Below are positions 39,852 through 49,748 of a DNA stretch of 64,000 nt, piece by piece. The notes below the pieces were generated by a model. That model ran no database searches and was not told where the DNA came from. It worked only from the letters and a program-made list of their open reading frames with translations. The stretch lies in the NCBI GenBank assembly GCA_028718635.1, contig JAQULK010000001.1, forward strand, positions 479,755 to 543,754. The letters are read 5' to 3'. How positions within the stretch are numbered: position 1 is the stretch's first letter; each line of letters opens with the position of its first letter. The translations under genes and the position numbers were made by a program. The DNA is from Minisyncoccota bacterium. Its GTDB lineage: Bacteria; Patescibacteriota; Minisyncoccia; Phycocordibacterales; UBA9973.

Positions 39852-41617
39852 CAATATACTTCACTTTGATAGCATCGTTCACAATAAACTATCTCTTTCT
39901 TTGCTGAAATATGTCCGGTCTTAAATTCTTCTTTGCATGGTTCGTCTCCATGAAAGTGTTTTATGGTATTTTTGTATATATTAGTTTTATCACTTGAACC
40001 AGCACACATACAAGATCTTTTTTCTAATTTTAATTTCAACCTATCTTCTATTCTTCTTTCAAATCTACATTCATGACACAAGGTCGGAAGCGGAAGATTT
40101 TCTTTTTTATAAAACAAAAACTCATTTTCTAGAATTTTATATGGATTTTTACATTTTTCACATTCTATAACTTCTTTTAGGATTTCATCATCAATTTCAG
40201 TTATTGATTCTGTAAGTTCTGATGCTTTTTTTGTTATTTTATATTCTCCCCTAGGTACATCTATCCATAAATACCCTTTATTTTTTGCCTCAGCCTCAGT
40301 AAGTGGAAAATGTTGTATAGCGACAGTATTATTGTAGCCAAGTGGAGAAAGTTCTATAGGAAAAAATTCTCCGTATTTATATACAAGACCTTGTGAATCC
40401 ACATAGGGCATATCTTCCATGTGTTTTTTTATTTGAGGAATAAGTTTTTCATATTCTTCTTTAGAATATTGCTTATTTAAAATACAATATTGTTTCTTTT
40501 TTAACCCAACACAACCAAAACAATCAGACGAACTAAAAAGATGATGACAGTATTCATTATTTCTTGATGAAGGCCAACAACTACGTGAAAATTTATTATT
40601 ATAGGAATTTTCACCACATTCTAAAGTTTCATAATTTAATTCAGTATGCTCTCCCCAGTTGCAAGAATCATAGTTATCCTTATTTCCTGGTACTTGCATA
40701 TACTGACAATAACGCATATTTTCACTTTCTCTTATTAAATAGCTATCATTTACATTTTTACAATTCGTCACATGAGAACCACTTGAATTTAAATTTTTAA
40801 GACCGTGTTGATATTTTGTCGGCTGAGTTAGCCAAAATAAACGTGCTTTTTTTCTTGCCTCTAAAATTCCAGAAGTAGAATTCAAATTCATTTTCTTTAT
40901 TTCTTTTTCATATTCTTCTTTTGTATATTTTTTATTAAAAATACAATAAGATAATTTACGCAAATTTGCACAACCAAAACAATCATTACATCCTAAGCAA
41001 TTACGACAAAAATAAAGATTATATGATTCTGCGCACATTATAGAAAAATAGCACTGATAACAATTTTCCAACCAAAAACATTCATAACAACGTTCGCAAT
41101 TTTTAATATGAGAATTATCAACACAATTCTTGCAGGAATCTACGCCATTTCCATACATACAATCCTCAGAATAATTTGAATTCACAATCAAATAACTGTT
41201 TTTTATATAAGACGCATTAAAAACATACGGACTATTATTAATAAAAGTATTATTAAAATTATATACAGGTACAACCTTACTTAATTCTTCTATTTGTTGA
41301 AAAAATGGCTTAGTAAAGTCAATATCTAAAGCATGCTCCATTGGATCCCAATTATCTCCAAACCATTCTTCTCGAGTCATTATTTTTCTTCCACTTTCTG
41401 CAGGGTAAGTAGAGAACATATTTTCACCCGTTAAAAAATTTTTTACTTTGAATAATTTTCTTTCATTTCTCCAAGCTAACCGTCTTTGTGCGCGACACAT
41501 AGGACAAAAAGTTGGAGGTGGAACCTTCATTTTTTCATAGAAATTAAAATCCTCCGGTTCTATTGGGAAATTTTCCTTGCAGTTTTGACATATTCTATTT
41601 TCTGTAATATACGCCAT
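39851..41617 (-). CDS. Cys-rich hypothetical protein, paralog 3
   Basis: CQNC, CPMCRAQRR, YGEFFP, YCERCYQSEVY. Confidence 0.85.
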   Translation of the reverse strand: MAYITENRICQNCKENFPIEPEDFNFYEKMKVPPPTFCPMCRAQRRLAWRNERKLFKVKNFLTGENMFSTYPAESGRKIMTREEWFGDNWDPMEHALDIDFTKPFFQQIEELSKVVPVYNFNNTFINNSPYVFNASYIKNSYLIVNSNYSEDCMYGNGVDSCKNCVDNSHIKNCERCYECFWLENCYQCYFSIMCAESYNLYFCRNCLGCNDCFGCANLRKLSYCIFNKKYTKEEYEKEIKKMNLNSTSGILEARKKARLFWLTQPTKYQHGLKNLNSSGSHVTNCKNVNDSYLIRESENMRYCQYMQVPGNKDNYDSCNWGEHTELNYETLECGENSYNNKFSRSCWPSSRNNEYCHHLFSSSDCFGCVGLKKKQYCILNKQYSKEEYEKLIPQIKKHMEDMPYVDSQGLVYKYGEFFPIELSPLGYNNTVAIQHFPLTEAEAKNKGYLWIDVPRGEYKITKKASELTESITEIDDEILKEVIECEKCKNPYKILENEFLFYKKENLPLPTLCHECRFERRIEDRLKLKLEKRSCMCAGSSDKTNIYKNTIKHFHGDEPCKEEFKTGHISAKKEIVYCERCYQSEVY

Positions 41618-41628
41618 AGCTGATATGT

Positions 41629-44600
41629 TTATTTCATTTTATTTGAAAAATTATGATAAGCATCATATAACTTTCTCACACTCGTTTCCACTACCTTATT
41701 CCCGACACGGCGGGCAAGTTTTCCATCTGCAATAATAAATTTATTATCTTTAGTCGTTTTACCCAGTTTAGTGCAAGGGATATCCTTCATCATTTTTTCA
41801 AAAGCGGAGACATTTCTCGGCGACACAGAAACTAAAATTCTCCCATGGCTCTCTGAAAATAACTTTATATCTGTGGGTAAAAAGGAAGCCTTGCTTCCTT
41901 CTTGAGGATTACTTAGAGAAATATCGCATCCAATCATTCCTCCCACGCAGGATTTGGCGAGCGCTATTCCTAGCCCGCCAGAATTTACAGGCATAGCCGA
42001 GGCTATTAATTCTTTTTGAATTGCTTTTTCCAAAGCGCAATAAATTTTTATATTTTTCTTTAAATCTACGTTAGGCACGTTTCCTAAATTCCCCTCTTGA
42101 GGGGTGCCTTTGGCGGGGTGGATCATTTTTAAATATTCTCCCCCACCAAGTTCATCTTTCGTTTCTCCAAGTAAATAAATTATATCGCCAACATTTTTGA
42201 ATTCTGGAGAAACAGTTTTATTCAAATCAGGCATAATGCTGATGGCTGAAATAAGAAGAGTCGGCGGAATGGAAACGGCCACAGGATTCCCTTTCTCATC
42301 GTAACCTTTGAAATCATTAAACATACTATCTTTGCCGGATATGAACGGCGTACCATAGCCCACAGCATAGTCATAACAAGCCTTAACGGAGGCCACGAGC
42401 TGAGCCAAGCGTTTTGGATCGTTGGAAGAACACCAACAGAAATTATCTAGAATTGCCATATGTGAAAGCGTTCCTCCTGCTGAAATAGCATTTCTAATAG
42501 CAGTATCTATAGCGCAGGAAGCCATATGGTAAGTACTAATGTCTCCATATGAAGGATATGTACTTGAAGATAAGACGACACCTTTATTTGAATTTAAAAC
42601 TGGCCGAAAAACTTGCGCCTCAGTATTTATGCGACCTCTTCCAGAAAGCGGTTTTAAAACAGAAGATCCTTGGACTTCGTGGTCATACTGCTCTGAAATA
42701 AAAGAAAATCCGCTAATATTTTTATTAACTAGTAAATTTTCTAGGACTTTGGTATATGTTTCCCCCCTCTCCTTATTAAGGAGAGGGGCTGGGGGTGAGG
42801 TGAATTTAATCGGTTCTGTATGCAAATGCTGTTTCGGTAAGCCATCATGCAAGAAATCCATAGGGATATCCATAATCTTTCTTGTCCGTCCTTTGGCGGA
42901 TTGCTTCCAATTAACAATACATTTTCCGGAATTTGTGAATTCACCTATCACTGTCGCTTCTACTCCCCGACTTTCCATCAATTTTTCAAATATTTTCCAA
43001 TTTTTCTTTGGCACAGATAAAGTCATACGTTCTTGTGATTCTGAGATCCAGATTTCCCATGGGCGAAGACTCGGATATTTCAAAGGAACTTTTTCGAGAG
43101 TAACTTTCGCCCCGCCGCACTCTTTTGCCATTTCAGCCACCGAACAAGAAATTCCTCCAGCGCCATTATCCGTGATGCTATTATATAAATTCATATCTCG
43201 CGCTTCTTTTATTATTGCATCACTTAATTTTTTCTGAGTTATTGGGTCACCGATCTGCACCGCAGTTGCCGGAGAACTGGAATCCATCACAACCGAAGAA
43301 AAAGTCGCTCCGTGAATGCCATCGAGCCCTACTTTTCCGCCGATCATCACAATATAATCTCCTGCCTGTGCCTTTTTAATATGAGAAGGTCGGGTTTTTG
43401 TTCCTGACTTAGGTAGGTTCCTTGGGATTAATCCCACTGTCCCAGCAAAAACTAAAGGCTTGCCTCTATATCTGTCGTCATAATGTACGAAACCGTTTAA
43501 AGTCGGTATACCGGAACAATTTCCTCCTACATTTATTCCTTTTACTACTCCTTCCATGATGCGTTTAGGTGACAACATTTTATTTTTCAAATCTTTATCA
43601 CGGAAAAGAGGTCTTTTATCCTCAGGATTGCCAAAACAAAAACCATAAATATTTGCTACGGGCTTTGCGCCTAGACCAAAGCCAATCGTGTCTCGATTTA
43701 CTCCCACGATACCCGTGATAGCTCCGCCAAATGGATCTAAGGCTGAAGGACTGTTGTGGGTTTCTACTTTATGCGTTATCAAATAATCTTTATCAAAAAT
43801 TATTCCACCAGAATTATCAGAAAACACAGAAACGCAAAAATCATTTTTACCTTTTTGTTTACGAATTATGCTTGTTGCGCCTTTTATGTAAGTTTTATAC
43901 AAACCATCCTTAATATCATCGATCGGATTTGCAAAAATAGTGTGTTTGCAATGCTCAGACCATGTTTGTGCGAGAGATTCCAATTCGATATCCGTCGGAT
44001 CTCGTTTAAGTTTTCTGAAATGTGCTTGAATTACTTTCATTGAGGCCAGATCGAGAGCCAAAGGACCTCGTCTTGCGCCTGTTCCGTCCAATATTCCTTC
44101 TTTGCCGATTTTTATAAGTTCTTCGTCGGGCACTTTTAAAGAAACATTAATTACCGGAGTAGTCTTTTTTAAAACAACCTTAGGCACCTCTAAGGGCAAA
44201 CCTTTCTTTTTTAGGTCAACAAAACTTATTATGTGTGAACGTTCGATCAGTGGATTGTGAAGTGACAAAGCAATTTTTTCTACCTCTTTCAACTTAGAAT
44301 TTGAAACTAAATAAATTTTAGAAGTATAGACAGCGAGATCATTTTTATTTTTTAGATGCAACAAGTCTAAAATAGTTTCCTCTACAGTATGCCCGACGTT
44401 ATCTGTGACTCCGGGCTTGAAACCTATTTCAATGGCATAGGTAAACTTATGTGTTGTTGGCTTCACCCGTAGGTCTATAGCCGAGGGAAATTTGTTTATT
44501 GAAAATTCTTCGAGGATGGGATTAGTGAGAGCTTGGGCTATCTTGAGAATTTTATCTCTTGAGTCACTTGCTAATTTGTGTGAAATTAAATAAGAGCTTA

Positions 44601-44646
44601 TAAAGCCAATCTTTTCTTTTGGCGTCACATATATTCGGGAAATCAT
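41629..44646 (-). CDS. purL: FGAM synthase PurL with N-terminal PurS-like region
   Basis: KPGVTDNVG (PurS-like), QTWSEHCKH, VETHNSPS, DGIHGATF, SESQERM, GKDSM. Confidence 0.95.
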   Translation of the reverse strand: MISRIYVTPKEKIGFISSYLISHKLASDSRDKILKIAQALTNPILEEFSINKFPSAIDLRVKPTTHKFTYAIEIGFKPGVTDNVGHTVEETILDLLHLKNKNDLAVYTSKIYLVSNSKLKEVEKIALSLHNPLIERSHIISFVDLKKKGLPLEVPKVVLKKTTPVINVSLKVPDEELIKIGKEGILDGTGARRGPLALDLASMKVIQAHFRKLKRDPTDIELESLAQTWSEHCKHTIFANPIDDIKDGLYKTYIKGATSIIRKQKGKNDFCVSVFSDNSGGIIFDKDYLITHKVETHNSPSALDPFGGAITGIVGVNRDTIGFGLGAKPVANIYGFCFGNPEDKRPLFRDKDLKNKMLSPKRIMEGVVKGINVGGNCSGIPTLNGFVHYDDRYRGKPLVFAGTVGLIPRNLPKSGTKTRPSHIKKAQAGDYIVMIGGKVGLDGIHGATFSSVVMDSSSPATAVQIGDPITQKKLSDAIIKEARDMNLYNSITDNGAGGISCSVAEMAKECGGAKVTLEKVPLKYPSLRPWEIWISESQERMTLSVPKKNWKIFEKLMESRGVEATVIGEFTNSGKCIVNWKQSAKGRTRKIMDIPMDFLHDGLPKQHLHTEPIKFTSPPAPLLNKERGETYTKVLENLLVNKNISGFSFISEQYDHEVQGSSVLKPLSGRGRINTEAQVFRPVLNSNKGVVLSSSTYPSYGDISTYHMASCAIDTAIRNAISAGGTLSHMAILDNFCWCSSNDPKRLAQLVASVKACYDYAVGYGTPFISGKDSMFNDFKGYDEKGNPVAVSIPPTLLISAISIMPDLNKTVSPEFKNVGDIIYLLGETKDELGGGEYLKMIHPAKGTPQEGNLGNVPNVDLKKNIKIYCALEKAIQKELIASAMPVNSGGLGIALAKSCVGGMIGCDISLSNPQEGSKASFLPTDIKLFSESHGRILVSVSPRNVSAFEKMMKDIPCTKLGKTTKDNKFIIADGKLARRVGNKVVETSVRKLYDAYHNFSNKMK

Positions 44647-44745
44647 ATAAGTATATATTATAATATGTGAGAATTAAAGACAAATATTTGTTTTTTACTA
44701 TTAGTTATTGTATGGTATAAAAAATTGAAAGGAGGTTATGTTCTT

Positions 44746-44961
44746 ATGAAAAATAATTTTTTGAGATTAGGGCCTATTACTAAAAAGGCAATGAATCTGC
44801 CTGGGGCAAAATTAATCAGAAGTACAGAGGGGGTAAGAATTTCCTTCGTTGTACCTGAAACAGGTAAGGTTTCAAGAGGATGCTTTTATTCCTCAGGTGA
44901 AGCAGCCGCACGAAGAGCACTTTCTAGGTGGGAGAGATTGCAAAAAAAGAAGAAGAAGTAG
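44746..44961 (+). CDS. Small basic hypothetical protein
   Basis: GGAGG RBS upstream, hairpin downstream (44975-45008); start uncertain. Confidence 0.45.
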   Translation: MKNNFLRLGPITKKAMNLPGAKLIRSTEGVRISFVVPETGKVSRGCFYSSGEAAARRALSRWERLQKKKKK

Positions 44962-45014
44962 GAAAAAGAATTTATGCGTTAGAGAGAGTAAAGCTCTCTC
45001 TAACGCATTTTTAT

Positions 45015-45785
45015 TTATAAATTTTTCCAATTATATTCAAAGATCAATTTTTGAGTGTGATAAATCTCTTGATTCTCTATCACTACGCCGACAGGATTCT
45101 CTGCATTATCTAGACTAATATGCGCTACTTTATTTCCACCATAAATTATTTCATAAGTGGAACGCAAATCCTCCTGCCCTTTACTACTTTTACTGCTTGA
45201 TAATTGCATCCATTTTCTTTCATCTAGGCCTACGGTATTACCCCCTTCACCAAGTGCGATTGTTTTAACTTTAATTTTTCTTCGAATTCTTTTATTACTA
45301 AAATCCCTCATTGCCTGATACACATTTTTCCTGACTGTGGCAGAAGAATAGACATAATAAGTTTTATCTTTGACCTTATCCATACTTTTCAAAACATCTT
45401 CGAGGATGTGCCTAATGCCTATCACTCCCTCATATAATTTTACTACTGGTTTCCCTCCTTGTTTTTCAAAGATAGTTTTAAAAAGTGGCAAGCTTTCCTC
45501 GATATTTTCTTTCACTTCCTTGAGCTCTTCTTGTTTTTTGTCTATCACTGCGAGTAAGGTTTCCGGTCGTTCGGCTATAAAATATTGTTTTGATTCTTTG
45601 TTGTAATAGGAAATGATTCCCAGATTGATCAAGGATTTTAAAATATCATAAGTAGTACCGCGATTTATTTTTGCTTTTTGGGATATTGTCCGCACAGAGG
45701 AAGACCCGAGCTCGATCAAAGCCAAATATACAGCTATTTCTTTTTCTGAAAGACCAAAATTTTTTAAAGCAACTTGAACCTGCAT
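45015..45785 (-). CDS. TrmB-family transcriptional regulator
   Basis: GLSEKEIAVYLALIELG..I.R.T.Y..L..L wHTH plus C-terminal effector-type domain. Confidence 0.88.
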   Translation of the reverse strand: MQVQVALKNFGLSEKEIAVYLALIELGSSSVRTISQKAKINRGTTYDILKSLINLGIISYYNKESKQYFIAERPETLLAVIDKKQEELKEVKENIEESLPLFKTIFEKQGGKPVVKLYEGVIGIRHILEDVLKSMDKVKDKTYYVYSSATVRKNVYQAMRDFSNKRIRRKIKVKTIALGEGGNTVGLDERKWMQLSSSKSSKGQEDLRSTYEIIYGGNKVAHISLDNAENPVGVVIENQEIYHTQKLIFEYNWKNL

Positions 45786-46000
45786 ATATGTATATTATAT
45801 TTTTATGACTAATTTGTCAACTTTTCTCCTGCAGTTTATTGATATTTTGCTAAAACCCTTTGTTTATTAGATTTTTATATAAAAAACTAAAGTAAATTTT
45901 CTACACATTTGACACAGTTATTACTTTTTTACTATTCTAGAGATAGATAAAAATCGCAAATCGAAAATAAAATAAAAATAAAAAAGGATAAGGAGGATTT

Positions 46001-46954
46001 ATGAAAAGACCTAGAGTTGCTGTTCCTTTTGATGCTGTAGTAGGAGTATCAGTTAACTCCGAATTTGAATTAGTAGTCAAAGATACACCAGGGCCGAAGA
46101 AAGAATTGGATATAAGCCTTTGTTCGTGTCCATCAGGTTCCTCAGGCAATGCAGATGGAGCGATCAGAAATTTAGGAGGACATTCAAGCCTTGTGGGTCT
46201 GGTTGAAGTCAACTATGACAAAGAAGAAGAAACTCTTGAGAGTTTACTTCTCAAGAGAGTAGTTAAGCAGAGCGGAGTATCATTTACACCAGTCCCCGTC
46301 CTTTCTAAAACCAACATCGCCGCAATTCCGATTATTAAGGGTAGTAATGGCCAGGTGTGGGGAAAGAAGGGTGAGATCATTCACTCTGAAGTGTCTCAAG
46401 CACTACAGATTCTTTCAGGACCAGAAGTCGGCATTGGCCCAAAAACCTTTGTTGTAATTACCGGTCTTCGTGCTGTAGAATTGCCGTTCGCTAAGGCACT
46501 TCTTTCTCAAGCACAAAAAGGTTATAGCGTATTAAACGCGAAAGAATCTTTTTGTAAAAGCAGAGAATTCAAGAAGATATTACCTTTAGTGGACCTTCTT
46601 GTGCTTAACCAGCGCGAATTCTTTAGCACGGGTATGTGTTTTTCAGAGATTTATGATTGTGGTCCAACACACATGGTGATGACTGACTCAGACAAAGGAG
46701 GGATGCTTTATTTTGGTCGCGGATACTATGAAAAATTTGCTCCTGTTAAATTTCCTAACAATAATTATGAAACAGGAGCGGGAGATTGGTTTTTAGGAGC
46801 ATTGGTTTCTGAATTGATAAGGCGTAAAATATCAACAGAAACCATGACTCTCAATAAGTTCAGAAATGTGGTTGCTTTCGCGGCACGTGTCGCAGGAAAG
46901 AAAATCACCATGACGGGCGGAGGGAATGGCCCTTCGCGGCACCAACTCCGTTAG
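46001..46954 (+). CDS. PfkB/ribokinase-family kinase, divergent
   Basis: GSSGNA, DLLVLNQRE, ETGAGDWFLGA anion-hole motif. Confidence 0.75.
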   Translation: MKRPRVAVPFDAVVGVSVNSEFELVVKDTPGPKKELDISLCSCPSGSSGNADGAIRNLGGHSSLVGLVEVNYDKEEETLESLLLKRVVKQSGVSFTPVPVLSKTNIAAIPIIKGSNGQVWGKKGEIIHSEVSQALQILSGPEVGIGPKTFVVITGLRAVELPFAKALLSQAQKGYSVLNAKESFCKSREFKKILPLVDLLVLNQREFFSTGMCFSEIYDCGPTHMVMTDSDKGGMLYFGRGYYEKFAPVKFPNNNYETGAGDWFLGALVSELIRRKISTETMTLNKFRNVVAFAARVAGKKITMTGGGNGPSRHQLR

Positions 46955-47045
46955 TAGTTGGAATATCGAAGTATTATCACAAGCCTGCTTTGCGACACTA
47001 TGTGTTTGCGAAGTGGGCTTGTTTATTTTATGCTATATTATATTT

Positions 47046-47618
47046 ATGAAATTTATTTTTGATTTTGATGATGTGTTGTTTTACAATAGCGATAAGCTAA
47101 AAAAACGTATATATTTTTGTTTAGATAAAGCGGGTATTCCTTATGGTACCGCCGAAGCTTATTATAAAAAAGTTCGAGGGGGAGAATTTTCTTTAAAGGA
47201 TTTTTTATCTGAACTAGTAGATCTTGAAAATAAAAAGGATATCGAAGCAGAAGAATTACATGAAGAAATAATGAGTGAATGCCCTAATTTTATCAATACT
47301 GAATTAGTGAATCTTGTACAAAAATTCGGAAAAGAAAATTGTTATCTAGTAACTTATGGTGGATATGAACATAATAAAAATAAAGTGGAAAGAAGTGGAC
47401 TCGCTCCTTTATTTTCTGAAATTCATATAGTGTCAAAAAGTAAAAAGGAAGCTGTAGAGAAAATATGCGCCAAACATAAAGATGAAAAAGTAATATTTAT
47501 AGACGATAAAATAAAACATTTTGAAAATTTAGATTTTAAAAAATATCCCAATTTACAAACGATACTTTTTGATGACAATGGTTTTGAGAAATTTCTTTCT
47601 ATTTTACCCCCTCTGTAA
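47046..47618 (+). CDS. HAD-superfamily hydrolase
   Basis: FDFDDV motif I, FIDD motif IV. Confidence 0.8.
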   Translation: MKFIFDFDDVLFYNSDKLKKRIYFCLDKAGIPYGTAEAYYKKVRGGEFSLKDFLSELVDLENKKDIEAEELHEEIMSECPNFINTELVNLVQKFGKENCYLVTYGGYEHNKNKVERSGLAPLFSEIHIVSKSKKEAVEKICAKHKDEKVIFIDDKIKHFENLDFKKYPNLQTILFDDNGFEKFLSILPPL

Positions 47619-48774
47619 GCGCAGGTTCTGTGTCTGTTTGAATTATATTAAATCGCAAAACCCCGATGGTCTGGCCTTGCTTCGTCTTTACATTTACTCG
47701 CCATTTACCCTCGGCTAAATTGTAGCGCATAGAATACGTGCGGAAACCGCCATCTCGCCCGCCTACTACAGGTAAATTTATCGTACTTCCAGTTACCCAT
47801 TTCTTCTGTATTTCATCATAATATTGCCATTCGTGAACAATAGTAAGGTTTAGATTTTTAGGAGAAAAAATAGCACTAAAAGCATAGATGGGTTCCCCGG
47901 AAACCTGATTGAAATTTTGATATAAATTGAAATAACCTCTCCAACCATAATCCTCAAAAGTCACATCATAATTCCCTTCTGAATTTTTTTGTATCGAATG
48001 ATACACTCCGGCATCTTTTAAGGATAAAGGAATCGGGGGAATCAGATTCGTAAAATACAAAAAATTGATTAGAATAGAAATTCCTAAAATTAGGAATAAT
48101 AAATCACGAAACATAAACTTTTCTTCGGTACGGATTTTTTGAAGCTTAAAAAATCCTGAAGTTCTCGGCTCGTCAGCCTCGAAACCCCTTCGAAAAGTTA
48201 TGTTTCGTGATTTAAGGTTAATAAAATAAAATAAAATTAAAAGGAATACGGTAATAAAAAGTAAACTAAGAAATCCGGAAAGTAAAAATACCCAAGCACC
48301 TATTCTATGTAAAATCACCGGCACGATAAAAATGGCAAAGGAATAGATCGAAAGAAAAAATAAGCTTATTTGGAAACTAAGGCGAATATAATGACGTTTA
48401 AGTGATTCATTCGCTATAAAAGCAAGAGCAAGAAGGACAATAAAAGGCCAAGTTACAAATATATCTGCGCTTCTGAAATAAAACACCAAGTAGGTAGACA
48501 AAATTCCTCCAAAGAAAAATTGCAGTATGTTCACATACCAAAAATGCGCTTTTTGAGGATTTTTCTCAGCCCCTCTTTCGTTTTCTTGGAGGTGAATAAG
48601 GGTGATAAAGATGCCCACAATGAGCAAATGTCCTAAAACCCATAAATTCTCCCATAATGTGTCTACCCTATGAAGCGTGAGCGCATCAAAAACGAAACCT
48701 CCAACTAGGGATAAAGATGAGATAGGTCGTTCAAATCTTCCATAGAAATTGCGAATTGGATCTAGAAAAAACAT
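47599..48774 (-). CDS. Membrane protein with C-terminal DUF2914-like Ig domain
   Basis: Multi-TM N-terminus; H.W...GGRDGGFRTYS..G.WRV.V. Confidence 0.8.
   Translation of the reverse strand: MFFLDPIRNFYGRFERPISSLSLVGGFVFDALTLHRVDTLWENLWVLGHLLIVGIFITLIHLQENERGAEKNPQKAHFWYVNILQFFFGGILSTYLVFYFRSADIFVTWPFIVLLALAFIANESLKRHYIRLSFQISLFFLSIYSFAIFIVPVILHRIGAWVFLLSGFLSLLFITVFLLILFYFINLKSRNITFRRGFEADEPRTSGFFKLQKIRTEEKFMFRDLLFLILGISILINFLYFTNLIPPIPLSLKDAGVYHSIQKNSEGNYDVTFEDYGWRGYFNLYQNFNQVSGEPIYAFSAIFSPKNLNLTIVHEWQYYDEIQKKWVTGSTINLPVVGGRDGGFRTYSMRYNLAEGKWRVNVKTKQGQTIGVLRFNIIQTDTEPALTEGVK
48102..48212 (+). mobile_element. 111-bp element, family A, copy 6, in frame inside a CDS
   Basis: Translated as SRNITFRRGFEADEPRTSGFFKLQKIRTEEKFMFRD. 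Confidence 0.9.
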
Positions 48775-48780
48775 TAAATA

Positions 48781-49380
48781 TTAAAGTAAATTATTTCTAG
48801 CATTTTTAAGCATACTCGCCCACCATATAAGCTGGGTTATCATAGTTTTAGCTTTTTCTGTGTAATTCAAAAAAAGTTCTTCGGGAGTAGACTTGCCAAA
48901 ACTTACCGGAAAATATTTTTCTCCATTTATTTGTATTGCTTCGCGAATGGGAACCATTTTTAACTCGATGGATGTCAGGCGCAAATGTTCGACCGAACGT
49001 GCACCGCCAGCTGTTCCATAACTCACAAAAGCTATCGGTTTATTGTGCCATTCAGAATAGACCCAATCAAGAGCATTTTTTAAAACCGCTGGAACTCCAT
49101 GATTGTATTCCGGAGTAGCCACCACGAAAGCATCCGCTTCAGCAATTTTCGCTGTAAATCTGGCAACTGCTTCATTCTTATAAGGTTCTTTCTTAGCAGA
49201 AGGAGTTATCGCTTCATTAAAAAAAGGCATTGCATAATCTCGCAGATCGAGCACTTCCACCGCCACACCCTCATGCTTTTTAATTTCTTCATTTATCCAA
49301 AAAGCAGCTTTATCACTAAAACGTCCTTCCCTAGTACTGCCCATGATCACTTTTATGTTTAATTTTGTATTTTCTTTCAT
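48781..49380 (-). CDS. NADPH-dependent FMN reductase
   Basis: GSTREGR, TPEYNHG.PAVLKNALDW. Confidence 0.92.
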   Translation of the reverse strand: MKENTKLNIKVIMGSTREGRFSDKAAFWINEEIKKHEGVAVEVLDLRDYAMPFFNEAITPSAKKEPYKNEAVARFTAKIAEADAFVVATPEYNHGVPAVLKNALDWVYSEWHNKPIAFVSYGTAGGARSVEHLRLTSIELKMVPIREAIQINGEKYFPVSFGKSTPEELFLNYTEKAKTMITQLIWWASMLKNARNNLL

Positions 49381-49409
49381 AGTATTTTTTTATAAAAATG
49401 GAGTAAAAA

Positions 49410-49745
49410 CTAATATAACCTTCCGCCCACAACTGCATTTTCTTTATCTGGAACCAATAGAACAACTTTTCCTTCATTATCCGGCACACCGAGGGTCAGC
49501 ACCTCTGATTCAAAAGAACCGATTTTTCTAATAGGAAAATTCAAAACACCTAGCACGAGTTTTCCAACCAATTCTTCTTTACTATAATAAATAGCTATTT
49601 GAGAAAAAGAGTTTTTGATCCCGACCTCAGGGCCAAAATCAATTTTTAATTTATATCCAGGTTTTCGAGCTTCTGGATGATCGTTTACTTCCATGATTTT
49701 TCCAACTCTGATATCTAATTTTTCAAAATCTTCAATAGTTGCCAT
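49410..49745 (-). CDS. csaA: CsaA-like tRNA-binding protein
   Basis: LDIRVGKI, IDFG, NFP.RKIG.F.SEVLTLG. Confidence 0.85.
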   Translation of the reverse strand: MATIEDFEKLDIRVGKIMEVNDHPEARKPGYKLKIDFGPEVGIKNSFSQIAIYYSKEELVGKLVLGVLNFPIRKIGSFESEVLTLGVPDNEGKVVLLVPDKENAVVGGRLY

Positions 49746-49748
49746 TAT

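Noticed and set aside
19746-41617. Cys-rich paralogs as diversity-generating retroelement targets
   Set aside because: No reverse transcriptase and no TR/VR pair with adenine-specific differences seen in the window
42539-43237. Long antisense ORFs (also 6296-6805, 32611-33135, 18024-18488 and similar)
   Set aside because: Shadow frames of well-supported genes on the opposite strand, with no motifs
8288-48212. Family A repeats as a CRISPR array
   Set aside because: Copies are dispersed and 111 bp long, with no spacers and no cas genes
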